A DNA stretch of 64,000 nt from an uncultured Verrucomicrobiae bacterium (GCA_963719495.1 CAVRCI010000002.1:96001-160000), one strand, 5' to 3'; counted from the stretch's first letter, positions 40,695 to 52,249 are shown. Notes: generated by a model not told the origin, from the letters alone. Translations and numbers: made by a program.

Positions 40695-41108
40695 TTAGGT
40701 GGATAATCTTGGGTTGTTAAATTCGCCGCGGTCGTAGATCCGCTTGAATCTCTCAAGGTTCTCATCGTAATCGTAAATTTGTATCTGCGCTAAGCCGCTT
40801 GAATAAAACCGAATAGAACCTTTCGCGCCGTCCTGAGATTGAATGACCTGAATCATATCTCGAATGTGTCGGTATAATTGCTCGTTTTCTAGCCATGCTA
40901 AATTGATCGATCGTTGATGAAACCATTTGTATAATGTCCAGCCCTGAAACGTGGCAATTCTCTTTAGAAACAACGCATCCCCGTTAAAGCAAACCCACTT
41001 CGAAACATTACTAATAAAAAGTCTCCCTGTAAAAGGAAGTTCAAGATCGTGAGTGCCGTTAATCCACACGGAATCACGCCAGCCGTCTATTTTATTGAAT
41101 TGCACCAC
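40695..41108 (-). CDS. Hypothetical protein
   Basis: ORF filling the cassette that carries the atypical attC. Confidence 0.6.
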   Translation of the reverse strand: MVQFNKIDGWRDSVWINGTHDLELPFTGRLFISNVSKWVCFNGDALFLKRIATFQGWTLYKWFHQRSINLAWLENEQLYRHIRDMIQVIQSQDGAKGSIRFYSSGLAQIQIYDYDENLERFKRIYDRGEFNNPRLST

Positions 41109-41269
41109 GCGATTCTGTGTGTTCTTTCACGTTCTAGTTTGGATTTTCCGGCTAACGTCAAGCTCAGCCACCCTGAGCGGGTAACCGAGCCAGCCCTGAG
41201 GTGAACTGCCAGTAGCGGGTCCGCGCAACCCCAGCCAGCGAAGCGGCTAGGGGTTGGCTGCAGCGCCTT

Positions 41270-41662
41270 GTTAGACTCGTATTACTTTTCTCCGTTTCTG
41301 GATGTTCCGGCTTCTACGTATAATTGTGTGAGGGGAAGCTGCCTCGAATGTGGCGATCGTAGAGGAGTTAAGTTCAGTGAGCCAGTGGCATCAGTCCTCA
41401 TCGGATGAATTATGCAGAATTGCTCAAAAAAATTCGAGTGCTGCGCACATAATATGAGTTCGCCTTCGGATCACTTTTAATAACCGTTCTCGCTTCGCTC
41501 GACTTTGAATCCAAGCCACTCGTTGAATTCATCCACCGGAGGTCTAGATATCGACACAAAATCCGCAGGCTCCACTGCAATGTTCGGCTTGGCTGAAGCG
41601 CTTCCTGCATCTCATAATTTCATCCACCGGAGGTCTTCATGATTTTTGTATAAGAGTCTAAC
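41270..41662. other. Non-coding cassette family B, copy 2
   Basis: Homologous to 11919-12310. Confidence 0.7.
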
Positions 41663-41789
41663 GTCAAGCTCTCTGACCCCGAACGGGCGGGAGAAAAAGG
41701 AGTGAGTGATCAACTGCAAAACGCCACGTTGAATAACCCAGACAGCCAACCGGCTAGGGGTTCAGTGCAGCGCCTTGTTCGGCTGTATT

Positions 41790-42071
41790 TTATTCTTTTA
41801 CCGAGTTGGTTTGTATCATTCGCAAAACTTCTTCCCACGCATCTTTTGAAGGGGGGAAGACACCTTCTGATCGGAACGGTGAACTTAATTCAAGCAACAT
41901 TATTGGCTCGCCGCCACAAACCTCGTCCAATAAAGACGACAAAGAATCAAAATCCAAATCAGACGATAATAAGTGAACTGGCCAACTCATTAGCCAAGCC
42001 ATATACTCAGGTCTGTCTGGCATATCTTTGGTGTAGACTAATATATACGCTGAAGAATGTTGCGGGATCAT
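41790..42071 (-). CDS. Hypothetical protein
   Basis: 3' ORF of a long cassette. Confidence 0.45.
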   Translation of the reverse strand: MIPQHSSAYILVYTKDMPDRPEYMAWLMSWPVHLLSSDLDFDSLSSLLDEVCGGEPIMLLELSSPFRSEGVFPPSKDAWEEVLRMIQTNSVKE

Positions 42072-42649
42072 GGAATAACTATTATTGGAGTGTGGAAGTA
42101 AACCGTATGCGCGAAGCGCCTAGAATAAATAGGTGGCGTGTCTCCGGGAAGAATTAACTTCACAAATTACACAACCCTAGCTGGTCTGGTGATGGTCGGC
42201 TCTGCGACCTTCGCCTGACGAGCGGTATCTGCGGAAAATAACGATGAATTGGAATGTTTGCGAAGCCTTCTGGAGAACACCAAGGAGGGCTGACGTAGCG
42301 AAGCGAAGTCAAGTCCTATCTGGTGGTCGGAAGATGGCTGGTCGAACTACCTAAAACAAGTGATGTTGATAGCAATTTAATCGAGCCGCAAGCTGGTAGC
42401 GGAAGGGGAATCGAGGGGTCGCGGGCGATCCCCTGAGCATACTAGCTGGAGGCGGTGGAACAAGATTTGGTGCTCGTGCGCCAATAAGAAAGAAAAACTG
42501 TAAAAAAAGATATATGGCTTATTATAGAAACGACGGAAAACTATGCATTGGCTGGCCCAACGCATATGAAGAATTCAAATGGAACTGCAAAAACCTCTTT
42601 TGCGAAGTGCTGTCTATTGCAACCCTTGGTAAGATAAACATTACTCCCG

Positions 42650-42823
42650 CTATTCCATCTCTAAAATAATCGTTAGATCATTTGGTTTGAGGTGAATGTC
42701 AAAAACAACCTTTCGGACGGAAAATGCGCCCCTGTTGGGGTGAATAATCTCACTTCCGATTTCAGGGATGATTGGGAAGTCACAGTGTTCTTCGCCTTCG
42801 GGGTATTTTAGTGTGATGTTCAT
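42650..42823 (-). CDS. Small hypothetical protein (57 aa)
   Basis: ATG after an AT-rich leader; protein-like composition. Confidence 0.5.
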   Translation of the reverse strand: MNITLKYPEGEEHCDFPIIPEIGSEIIHPNRGAFSVRKVVFDIHLKPNDLTIILEME

Positions 42824-42999
42824 AGTATGCAAGTGAACTTTGATAGAAGAAATGTGAAAATGGAAGGTATAAATATGAAACCGAACGTCAAGCTCAGCCA
42901 CCCTGAGCGGGTAACCAAGCCAACCCTGAGGTGAACTGCCGGAAGCGGGACCGAGCAACCCCAGCCAGCGAAGCGGCTAGGGGTTGGCTGCAGCGCCTT

Positions 43000-43272
43000 G
43001 TTCGGATCCGCCCGTCCGTGGTCCCGCTCAGCATCTTATTCGAGGGCATTGCTTGTTTCATGCATTGAATTGCTTCAGGTCGAACTTGATGGCTTGCGTG
43101 ATCTCGATTGAACGAACCCCCGAGGGTCAAACCTCATTCTCCGCTTCTTCTGCGCATTCACGACCCAATCTACTTGTGCGGATCGAGCGCATACACATCT
43201 CGACAAAAAGCAAATCCGGAGGCCGTCTGCAATCAAGTGGGAATATCGTAGTCGAAGGGGATAGGTCCGAAC
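43000..43272. other. Non-coding cassette with family C ends and a different interior
   Basis: GGATCCGCCCGTCCGTGGTCCC...GGGGATAGGTCCGAAC. Confidence 0.55.
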
Positions 43273-43395
43273 GTCAAGTTCAGCCACCCCGAACGCGGGC
43301 ACGAGTTTGTCTGGTGATCATCTGCCTGTGGCGGGACCGAGCAACCCCAGCCAGCGAAGCGGCTAGGGGTTGGCTGCAGCGCCTTGTTCGGCATC

Positions 43396-43803
43396 TCATT
43401 TCATGTGGTGAGAGTATCCCTTCAAGACCTTTTTCGATGCTTTATCAAAGCGTTCCAGAAGCATCCATCCGTATTCTGGATGATCTTCATTGTAATGAAC
43501 TAGATATAAGGTCGAAATGCCTATAGGAAGCTTTGGAGCTATTGAAAGATATGCAACTTGCATTATTTCAGGCAGTGTCGTGCCTGAAGGAACTTTAAAC
43601 AATGTAATTGGAGTTACGGAGGAATAGAGATATTTTGAGCCAATGCCTTTTGTTAGGACGTTCGCCCTAATTACCAAGTCTGCTTTGTCATAAAGTTCTT
43701 GTTCATATGATTCAGCTTTTAGAGATGTGATCGCGAATGATGCTAGGAATGTAAAATAACAGACAAGTTTTCGTGCCACGATTGAGTGGAGTATTTTGTT
43801 CAT
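43396..43803 (-). CDS. Secreted hypothetical protein
   Basis: Signal peptide; ATG supplied by the shared leader motif. Confidence 0.7.
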   Translation of the reverse strand: MNKILHSIVARKLVCYFTFLASFAITSLKAESYEQELYDKADLVIRANVLTKGIGSKYLYSSVTPITLFKVPSGTTLPEIMQVAYLSIAPKLPIGISTLYLVHYNEDHPEYGWMLLERFDKASKKVLKGYSHHMK

Positions 43804-43939
43804 CCGCCGGAGGCTGAGCCGAACGTCAAGCTCAGCCACCCTGAGCGGAGCAACGAACGTCTAGGCGAGGTGTTTCCCGGAAGGGGATCGTTCGGCCAAG
43901 GCTTGCCGCTGGTCGGCTAGGGGTTGGCTGCAGCGCCTT

Positions 43940-44289
43940 GTTCGTCGGAAACGGTGACTGCACAATGGAGGACCAGAGCGTCCGACAGGCTGACGATGAT
44001 CAAATCCAGCAAGCGGCTTCGTTAGAGCATTCAGTCGAAGAGGCTTCTGTGGTCCAGATTGACTACGCATTATAAATATATTGCTCGTGACACGAAAAGG
44101 GCGGAACGGATTCTGGATGGATCTACTCATGCCGCGTGAGCGCCCCAAGCTTGCATGGCAGGCGAATAATCGTTGGCGTCGAATCGGGAGTGATCAATAG
44201 AAAACCAGAATCGTGCTCAATCGTATGCCGAATGGAATCGAACAACTCTGAACCGTTCCTTGTTCTCAACCCCAATAAATCAGGCGAAC
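43940..44289. other. Non-coding cassette family A, copy 8
   Basis: Near-identical to copy 1. Confidence 0.8.
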
Positions 44290-44404
44290 GTCAAGCTCAG
44301 CCACCCTGAGCGGGGCAACGAACGTCTAGGCAAGGTGTTTGCCGGAAGGGGATCGGTCGGCCAAGGCTTGCCTCAGGCCGGCTAGGGGTTGGCTGCAGCG
44401 CCTT

Positions 44405-44754
44405 GTTCGTCGGAAGAGGTGACTGCACAATGGAGGACCCGATCGTCCGACAGGCCGACGATGGTCAAACCCAGCAAGCGGCTTCGTTAGAGCATTCAGT
44501 AGAAGAGGTTTCTGTGGTCCAGATTGACTCCGCATTATAAATATATTGCTCGTGACAAGAGCAGGACGGAACGGATTTTGGATGGATCTACTCATGCCGC
44601 GTGAGCGCCCCAAGCGTGCATGGCAGGCGAATAATCGTTGGCGTCGAATCGGGAGTGATCAATAGAAAACCAGAATCGTGCTCAATCGTATGCCGAAGGG
44701 AATCGAACAACTCTGAACCTTCCCTTGATCTCAACCCCAATAAATCAGGCGAAC
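44405..44754. other. Non-coding cassette family A, copy 9 (tandem with copy 8)
   Basis: Homologous to 468-817. Confidence 0.8.
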
Positions 44755-44844
44755 GTCAAGCTCAGCCACCCTGAACGGGCGACCAAAAACTACCGGTAAT
44801 CAGCTGCCGGTAGCGGGCCCGCGCAACCCCAGCCAGCGAAGCGG

Positions 44845-45132
44845 CTAGGGGTTGGCTGCAGCGCCTTGTTCGGTCTGTATTCGTTGCCTCTCGTAGGCTC
44901 GGAGCATATCGGATACAGCGATGCCGGAAATAGTCATATTCTCAATGTTTGCGTTTTTGATAGCCATCCCACTCAAATTGACGTTTTCAAAGACAGTATT
45001 TGTAAAGTCAACATCTTCAAACTTTGCATCTGACAACGCAATGTTCCGGAAGTCAGAGTGGCGCATTGAGACATTGAAATATTTTGAATAATCAATATTA
45101 GCGTCCTGCAAAATGCTTGGTTCGGAAGTCAT
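44845..45132 (-). CDS. Pentapeptide-repeat protein
   Basis: SDFRN-IALSD-AKFED-VDFTN-TVFEN-VNLSG periodicity. Confidence 0.75.
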   Translation of the reverse strand: MTSEPSILQDANIDYSKYFNVSMRHSDFRNIALSDAKFEDVDFTNTVFENVNLSGMAIKNANIENMTISGIAVSDMLRAYERQRIQTEQGAAANP

Positions 45133-45154
45133 TTGATGTTTGGTGGGAGAGGTT

Positions 45155-45349
45155 TTACTCAAAAATTCCGAGAAAATACAAGAGCGTGCCTGTGATGATT
45201 GCAATGATCACAAGGACAAAGAGGATGTATTCCGATGTCTTGCGTGCTCGGCGGTCAAAATCAGATTCTCCCAGGCGTGGCTGATGGGAACTCGATGACG
45301 AGCCGATTGAAGAAATACTGTCGATAATGATTTCTAATATTATCCACAT
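45155..45349 (-). CDS. Small membrane protein
   Basis: C-terminal TM. Confidence 0.45.
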   Translation of the reverse strand: MWIILEIIIDSISSIGSSSSSHQPRLGESDFDRRARKTSEYILFVLVIIAIITGTLLYFLGIFE

Positions 45350-45517
45350 TCGATGTTGAATTGTTTTGTAGCTGTCGAGCGGCTTGTCAGCGTTGCTGGT
45401 GATGCATTATATTTCATAAGACCGAACGTCAAGCTCAGCCACTCCGAACGGGTGATCGAGCCAACCCTGAGGTGAGCTGCCGGTAGCGGGACCGATCAAC
45501 CCCAGCCAGCGAAGCGG

Positions 45518-45952
45518 CTAGGGGTTGGCTGCAGCGCCTTGTTCGGTGCATTTGTTACGTTGAAATAGGAAATATATGGCAGTGCTAACGATTGCTGCGC
45601 ACACGAGTGAAATCACTGATAAGAATCCATGTAGCATTGGAAACACTATGACGTGCATGTGAGCAGCTGAGTGTAGACTATCAGCCTTTCCGTTTGAGGC
45701 ATATAGCGCGTAGGTAGCGAGTCCGAATAGCGACGACAAGTATGCAACGACGCAGAAACAATAATCAATGCGGTTTCGGATCTTGGAGATGACTACAAAA
45801 GATAAAGATGCGAAGACGCCGGAAGCTATCGCCCCAACAACTGTGCTGATGAAAAACATGGTCGTAGGAAGCTCTTGTTCTGTGCTGTTCCAGCAAGCTA
45901 ATACAAAGGCCGCAATATTGATTGCTGACAATATTGCTATGTGAATTCTCAT
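45518..45952 (-). CDS. Four-TM membrane protein
   Basis: Hydrophobic ORF filling the cassette. Confidence 0.7.
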   Translation of the reverse strand: MRIHIAILSAINIAAFVLACWNSTEQELPTTMFFISTVVGAIASGVFASLSFVVISKIRNRIDYCFCVVAYLSSLFGLATYALYASNGKADSLHSAAHMHVIVFPMLHGFLSVISLVCAAIVSTAIYFLFQRNKCTEQGAAANP

Positions 45953-46598
45953 GTTTTACCGAACGTCAAGCTCAGCCACCCCGAACGGGCGACCGAGTCT
46001 CGCTGATGTGAACTGCCATCTGGGCGTTCCTCAACCCCAGCCCCGAAGCGGCTAGGGGTTGGCTACAGCGCCTTGTTGGGCCTGCACCGCTCAAGCAACT
46101 AGTAGCGATCATACCTCGATGACAACCCCTCCGTATCAATACCGAAGGCTCTCAAAACTCCTCGTTCGAACCAATTTCAATGCAGCGAATCCAAAATCAC
46201 ATTTTTGCGGGTGCAAGGGTTGTCGGCACATAACGCCGATTTCACGAATGTAGATTGCATCTAGAATATTTTACTGACCGTTGCCCAGTGAGGAAGCTCG
46301 CAATTCCAGATTGGCCTCTAGCTGATGCATTTGAATTATTGTCGCGAAAACAGATGGCGAGTCCTGAGTGCAACGAGCTTCGGAACTCAGCTTTATATTG
46401 TCTACGTCGCAGGGAATTGATTGTTGGCTTGCAAGGGTGACGCCGCATTCGCATTTCTTTTTCAGGACTATTAATGGAGCCCAACGTCAAGCTCAGCCAC
46501 CCTGAGCGGATGATTGAGCCAACCCTGAGGTGAGCTGCCAGTAGCGGGACCGAGCAACCCCAGCCAGCGAAGCGGCTAGGGGTTGGCTGCAGCGTTTT

Positions 46599-47103
46599 GT
46601 TCGACGCGCATCTGTTCAAACTACGCATATCGTGACTTCCTCTAGCCAACCCCTCCGTATTTCTACCGAAGGCACTTCCACAATGAAGATAGAATCTCTG
46701 AAAAGGCTCCGCAATCGTGGTTAGTAATTTGCGCCTAGAAGATTGTATGGGGGTTGAAGCGCAATTGGAAACAGGGGCGGGAATCAAGCTCACAAATATT
46801 CGCCTGGAAGATTGTTGGTAATGGGAAGTTGAATTAGAACGGAGGGATGGGAATCAGGCTCATCAATATGCGCTTGGAAGGATTGTGGGGGCTTCTGGTG
46901 ACTTCCAATTGATTGTTCGAAGTCACCAAAATATTATACACGGCGGGCAACTCTGAGCGCCGCCTAGCCTTTGCGTATACCTCCAACGCTGGTCGAAAAT
47001 AGAGGAACCGACGGTTTCAAACTGGATCTGGCCTAGTCTGATTTCGTCCAGACAACTGTAATCAAAAATTAGTCATCCGCCGGAGGCTCACAATGAGTCG
47101 AAC
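46599..47103. other. Non-coding cassette family D, copy 4 (diverged)
   Basis: Same ends and internal repeats as 18932-19433. Confidence 0.65.
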
Positions 47104-47437
47104 GTCAAGCTCAGCCACCCTGAGCGGGTAATCGAGCCAACCCTGAGATGAGCTGCCAATGGCGGGAACGAGCAACCCCAGCCAGCGAAGCGGCTAGGGG
47201 TTGGCTGCAGCGCCTTGTTCGGCTGAATTGCTGGTAGGCTTAACCGGAAAATAATCGAATCGGTGGGTTCAAGGAGTTGGTGCGATAGGACGCAAACACG
47301 TATGAATGAGATACACTGCCGCTTCAACACGAGTCCAAAGTCCTCGGACATTAATATGGTCCGTCGGAGCAACAGAGTTTTGAGATGTAACTTGTCGATG
47401 AGGATATGGTAGTGTTTGGCGGGCATCAAAAACGAAG

Positions 47438-47836
47438 CTACTCTCTCAAGTGTGCTGTGGAACTAAATTTTGGCTTTCGAAAAACAAGCGAATAACCATC
47501 AGCTGGGGAAGTCATGGTCTTCACTTCAAGAAACTCGAACCCATCTTCGTTGAATATCTTCTCCCATTTCTGCTCTCGGGGGCCATGACCATTTACTCCA
47601 GTATTCATAGCATACACAGTGAGATATCCAGCATCATCCGATGTTCGAATGCTCTTGCCGTCCGGGTCAGGATTTCCATGTGCTTCGCCGACCATCTCGA
47701 CAAATTCCCACCCATTTTCTTGTTGAGCGGTGATTTCCGATCTTACGTCTGCACGCTTGGTAAAATCCCTCCGTTCACATCCAGAAAGAAGGAAGACGAA
47801 GATTGCCACGATGGAAGATGTGGGAAGGAATTTCAT
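47438..47836 (-). CDS. Lipoprotein
   Basis: Lipobox LLSGC. Confidence 0.75.
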   Translation of the reverse strand: MKFLPTSSIVAIFVFLLSGCERRDFTKRADVRSEITAQQENGWEFVEMVGEAHGNPDPDGKSIRTSDDAGYLTVYAMNTGVNGHGPREQKWEKIFNEDGFEFLEVKTMTSPADGYSLVFRKPKFSSTAHLRE

Positions 47837-47974
47837 AGAAATAGCCGAACGTCAAGCTCAGCCACCCCGAACGGATTAACCGAGCCAACCCTCAGATGAG
47901 CTGCCAGTGGCGGGTCCGAGGAACCCCAGCCAGCGAAGCGGCTAGGGGTTGGCTGCAGCGCCTTGTTCGGCATA

Positions 47975-48784
47975 TTATTTGGGTTCGGCTGTCAGAAATA
48001 GGCCGATCTCGTCTGAATACGTTTTCGTGTATGAAATGTCATCACGGACAAACGCTACCCTGTCATGAATATCCACGTCATCGTCCGTATACCCAAGATC
48101 TTTGAAAATTGACGATCGATCTTTAAGTGGCATGTTTGGATTTTCGATCGCCATGACGAACGCGGCAGATCCTATAATTACGTCCGCTCCAGAACCGAAT
48201 GTCCCGTCACCACTAGCGAGAAATGTGACGCTTTGCAAAATCTGGGTTTGTTGGGTAGCTCTGACGATTACTGCAACATTTCTGTTTGATTCTAATTGAG
48301 CCGTAATGAACTCACCGTTATCGTCTCTCGATTTCAGGCTCAGGCGGATATCAGAATCTACTGTCTCAGCCGAGGAGTTGTATCGTTCGATGAATTGGTC
48401 GATGGTAAAGCTGAACTCCAGTGGTTGATCTTCTGGTATGGCTTTGACTTCAACGGCGGGCTGACGCGGTAGGTCAAGCTGACTGGATGGACTACTTGTA
48501 GATGATGAGGAGCTGGATACGGAGGGCGGCGTGGAAGGGGACAAGCTAGAAATAATAAAAATTAATAACCATGCGAATGAAAATATCCTCGCGAGGTTCG
48601 AATGCCCTTTGCGTAGGGTGAACCAAGAGAAGGCGAATGGTAGAAGAACAATTCCGATGCCAAGTAAAATCGAAACCTTGCGTTTTGGGGGTCCTGCTCC
48701 GTTTTGCGGACGTCCGCATTCAGGACACGAGCCAGCTGAATCTGAAATTTGTTTGCTACAGTCGAGGCAAGTTATTAACGGCAT
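47975..48784 (-). CDS. Zinc-ribbon / two-TM / extracytoplasmic domain protein
   Basis: CLDCSKQISDSAGSCPECG, TM helices, Ser-rich linker. Confidence 0.8.
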   Translation of the reverse strand: MPLITCLDCSKQISDSAGSCPECGRPQNGAGPPKRKVSILLGIGIVLLPFAFSWFTLRKGHSNLARIFSFAWLLIFIISSLSPSTPPSVSSSSSSTSSPSSQLDLPRQPAVEVKAIPEDQPLEFSFTIDQFIERYNSSAETVDSDIRLSLKSRDDNGEFITAQLESNRNVAVIVRATQQTQILQSVTFLASGDGTFGSGADVIIGSAAFVMAIENPNMPLKDRSSIFKDLGYTDDDVDIHDRVAFVRDDISYTKTYSDEIGLFLTAEPK

Positions 48785-48964
48785 AAAATCGAGAATAGAT
48801 GATATAATTAATGTGGAAGCGTCAATGCCTTTTGGCCTAAGGCTGCCGAACGTCAAGCTCAGCCACCCTGAGCGGGCATTCAAGCCAACCCTGAGGTGAG
48901 CTGCCGATAGCGGGACCGAGCAACCCCAGCCAGCGAAGCGGCTAGGGGTTGGCTGCAGCGCCTT

Positions 48965-49247
48965 GTTCGGATCCGCCCGTTCGTGGTCCCGTCGGATCTA
49001 CAATTTGCAGCCTTGCTCGTCGCCATGCCGATTGATAATCGAGCCATACCAGCGAGTCAGACCGATGCGCTTCGCTACGAAAATTGACGTCGAATGGACT
49101 GCGCAAAAATACCTTGGTTTGGGCTTTCAGATACGCAAATTCACCTCATTGTGGACCCCTTCCGAATACGCCAAGTTTATACAAAGCAAATTACGAACGA
49201 GCTTGCTTGCAGTTTGGGCTTCGAAGACCAGGGGCATAGGTCCGAAC
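48965..49247. other. Non-coding cassette family C, copy 4
   Basis: Near-identical to 26510-26792. Confidence 0.7.
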
Positions 49248-49360
49248 GTCAAGCTCAGCCACCCCGAGCGGGCGGTCGAGCCAATCCTGAGGTGAACTGC
49301 CAATAGCGGGTCCGAGCAACCCCAGCCAGCGAAGCGGCTAGGGGTTGGCTGCAGCGCCTT

Positions 49361-49754
49361 GTTAGACTCGTATTGCTTTTCTCCGTTTCTGGATGCTCTG
49401 TTTTCTAAGTATAATTGTGTGAGATGAAGCTGTCTCAAATGTGGCGATGGTGAAGGGGTTGAGTTCAGTGAGCCAGTGGCATCAGTCCTGATTGGATGAA
49501 TTACGCAAAATGGCTCAAAAAAATTCGAGTGCTGCGCACGAAATATGAGTTCACCTTCGGATCACTTCTAATAACCGTTCTCGCTCCGCTCGACTCTGAA
49601 TTCAAGCCGGCCAGTGAATTCATCCACCGGAGGTCTAGATATCGATACATAATCCCCAGGCTCAGTTGCAAATGTTCGGCTTGGCAGGAGTGCTTCATAC
49701 ATCTCATTATTTTATCCACCGGAGGTCTTCATGAATTTTGTATAAGAGTCTAAC
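49361..49754. other. Non-coding cassette family B, copy 3
   Basis: Homologous to 11919-12310. Confidence 0.7.
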
Positions 49755-49868
49755 GTCAAGCTCAGCCACCCTGAACGGGCAATAAAGCCAACCCTGAGGT
49801 GAGCTGCCGGAAGCGGGGCCGAGCAACCCCAGCCAGCGAAGCGGCTAGGGGTTGGCTGCAGCGCCTTG

Positions 49869-50381
49869 TTAGGGCTGTATTCTTGCTGTTGATATTGCTT
49901 GATCCACTTGTTCCGAGATGCTGGCTAGTCTTGAAAATTCGGTCGTCATAATCTCAATAAAGGATCCAGGCGTCACTTGAGCTCTCTTGGAGAATGGCTG
50001 CATTGTATAGTTTTCTTTTATTTGGAATCCATCCCACGCCACAATTTGTTCTGCAGAGGATTCAAGAAGACTCTTTGCAAGTGTCTTTCCATTGATCCCT
50101 GTTCGTTGCTTGCTGGATTCAATATGCAACACAATCGAGGCCGTCCCTCGTTTAACATCTGCGTTCGTCATCCAGCTCTCGAAATGAATTCCCTTACCAT
50201 CCTCGTTAAACCATGAGTCTTTGAAGACCTGAATTGCGACACTCTTAGGGGAGACGCTGCTCGGATGGAGTCCTGCCTTCGTCCTCCAGACGCTCGTGAA
50301 CCAAGATTCACTTTTCAGGGCAGACTCAAGTTCAAAAAATAATGGTTCGTATTCTTGGATGGATGTCATAATTGTATACAT
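49869..50381 (-). CDS. Hypothetical protein
   Basis: ORF filling the cassette. Confidence 0.7.
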   Translation of the reverse strand: MYTIMTSIQEYEPLFFELESALKSESWFTSVWRTKAGLHPSSVSPKSVAIQVFKDSWFNEDGKGIHFESWMTNADVKRGTASIVLHIESSKQRTGINGKTLAKSLLESSAEQIVAWDGFQIKENYTMQPFSKRAQVTPGSFIEIMTTEFSRLASISEQVDQAISTARIQP

Positions 50382-50505
50382 AATGCCCTAACGCCAAGCT
50401 CAGCCACCCCGAACGGGGGACCAAACTCTGAGCTTGATGTGATGGAATCGCCGGAAGTCAGGACAAGAGCGCCGGGTGACGGCTAGGGGTTGGCTGCAGC
50501 GTTCT

Positions 50506-50899
50506 GGTCGTCGGGACGGTTCGTGGACAAGATGGCCGGCCGTAGCATCCGACAGGGGCTAAACCGTGGAAGTCAGGAACAATTCAACCACATGGACCGA
50601 GGCTCGAGCCAGACTGGTCGTGGAAATATTTTATCGTGATGGTTAAAATGTAGTCGAAACAGATCAATCAGCGAAGTCGCCGGGGCGCAAGCTCGACCCG
50701 GCTCTGCGGGTGGAGCGGCGAGACTCGGAACGGCGGAAGGAGATCGGAGAGGTGGACGAGGGCGTCTGTGACGAGGGGAGTCGGCGGATGGAAGGGGAAA
50801 GGGGCATCCAGTCGAACTCCCTCGGCTCAGTCGCTCGATCGAATCAAAAGCGAGCGTTCTTAAACCGAACTCAATCATTATTTTTTGTATAAGGCGACC
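50506..50899. other. Family E cassette with GGT/ACC cores
   Basis: Homologous to 31982-32375. Confidence 0.7.
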
Positions 50900-50989
50900 G
50901 TCAAGCTCAGCCACCCTGAGCGGGTGATCGAGCCAACCCTGAGGTGAACTGCCGGTAGCGGGTTCGAGCAACCCCAGCCAGCGAAGCGG

Positions 50990-51262
50990 CTAGGGGTTGG
51001 CTGCAGCGCCTTGTTGGACACGCATTTCATTCTGTCCAAAGTCGCCAAATGCAATCCCTCGAAATGACAGGTCTTCGTCAAGCTCGGACCAATGGATACC
51101 AAATGGTGAAAGCTCGTATTGTCTGAGCTGTGTGTCTGTTGCTGACGCTAATCGTGGATTCTCCGAAACTGGAAACTTCAACTTGCTGCCATCCGTCATT
51201 GAAATGATAACATGACGATTGGAGATCAGTGCTGACAATGGTCTATTGATTAAGGTGTTCAT
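50990..51262 (-). CDS. DUF2442 protein (putative TA component)
   Basis: PRL..AT..QL..YELS..GIHW.ELDEDLS motif. Confidence 0.85.
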   Translation of the reverse strand: MNTLINRPLSALISNRHVIISMTDGSKLKFPVSENPRLASATDTQLRQYELSPFGIHWSELDEDLSFRGIAFGDFGQNEMRVQQGAAANP

Positions 51263-51479
51263 TCCAAACTTTGACGATGAGTTCCTTGTTTTCCTCCGCG
51301 AGTTCTTGCGCTTTCGATAATTCTTTAACCTTCAGTCCAGATGATTCACGCAACTCCACAATAATATCAAGGTTAAAAACCGCTTCCCCTCCACCCTTTC
51401 GGACGTGAACGTGAATCGGTTCATGATCATTGCTGTAGAAAAAGAATTTGAATCCGTCTTTTTTGAAAACAACAGGCAT
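51243..51479 (-). CDS. DUF4160 protein (HicA-like putative toxin)
   Basis: MP.V...GFKFFFYSNDH.P.HVHV motif. Confidence 0.88.
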   Translation of the reverse strand: MPVVFKKDGFKFFFYSNDHEPIHVHVRKGGGEAVFNLDIIVELRESSGLKVKELSKAQELAEENKELIVKVWNEHLNQ

Positions 51480-51736
51480 ATTTGAGAAATACAGTCTTAC
51501 CTGTGCCCGCGCACGTAAATTCTCGTGGCGGGCTTCCCCCGGTGCTGCCTGACTAATTTGCGCGATGTAATTGCGTCTTGTCGGCTCGGCGGCTGCACTT
51601 CATCCGCCAGGGGCTGTCCAACGTCAAGCTCAGCCACCCTGAGCGGGCATGCAAGCCAACCCTGAGGTGAGCTGCCGGTAGCGGGACCGAGCAACCCCAG
51701 CCAGCGAAGCGGCTAGGGGTTGGCTGCAGCGCCTTG

Positions 51737-52249
51737 TTAGCCCTGTATTGCCTTCGTTGATGGGTGTATCTGGATCTCCGATTTGCCCTCGGGTTGAACT
51801 ATAATTCCTTCCTCGTTCTGCTCCATGTTGTTGCGCCAGATTCTCCAGAAATCCCCGATAGGTCCGACCTCACGATATCTGTATTTTCGGGGCTTCGAGG
51901 CTTCGGCGTAGGAAATGCGCACTGTCTCTCCGTCATCGTTGAAGATGACTATAGCGTCTTTCTGAAAATCGTCTTCCTGCACAAACCTCCAAGCTACCCA
52001 GAAAGCTGCCTTCCCATCATTTGTGAGAAATAGGGAATCAAATTGGAAATCGTGGGAGAAAGACCAAAGCTTCAGCCATGGAATGGTCGTTGATCTAATC
52101 GAATGATTGCCTGATTCGGGATCCACTAATATAAAATGCTCTTTGTCCGGCGAATATACGCGATGCTTCTTCGGTTCCTCGTATGATGTTGCGCGGGCAC
52201 AAACGAGCGAAAACAATAAGAGTGTTGGGGCAATGAATCCTTTTTTCAT
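51737..52249 (-). CDS. Secreted hypothetical protein
   Basis: Signal peptide ending ARA. Confidence 0.7.
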   Translation of the reverse strand: MKKGFIAPTLLLFSLVCARATSYEEPKKHRVYSPDKEHFILVDPESGNHSIRSTTIPWLKLWSFSHDFQFDSLFLTNDGKAAFWVAWRFVQEDDFQKDAIVIFNDDGETVRISYAEASKPRKYRYREVGPIGDFWRIWRNNMEQNEEGIIVQPEGKSEIQIHPSTKAIQG

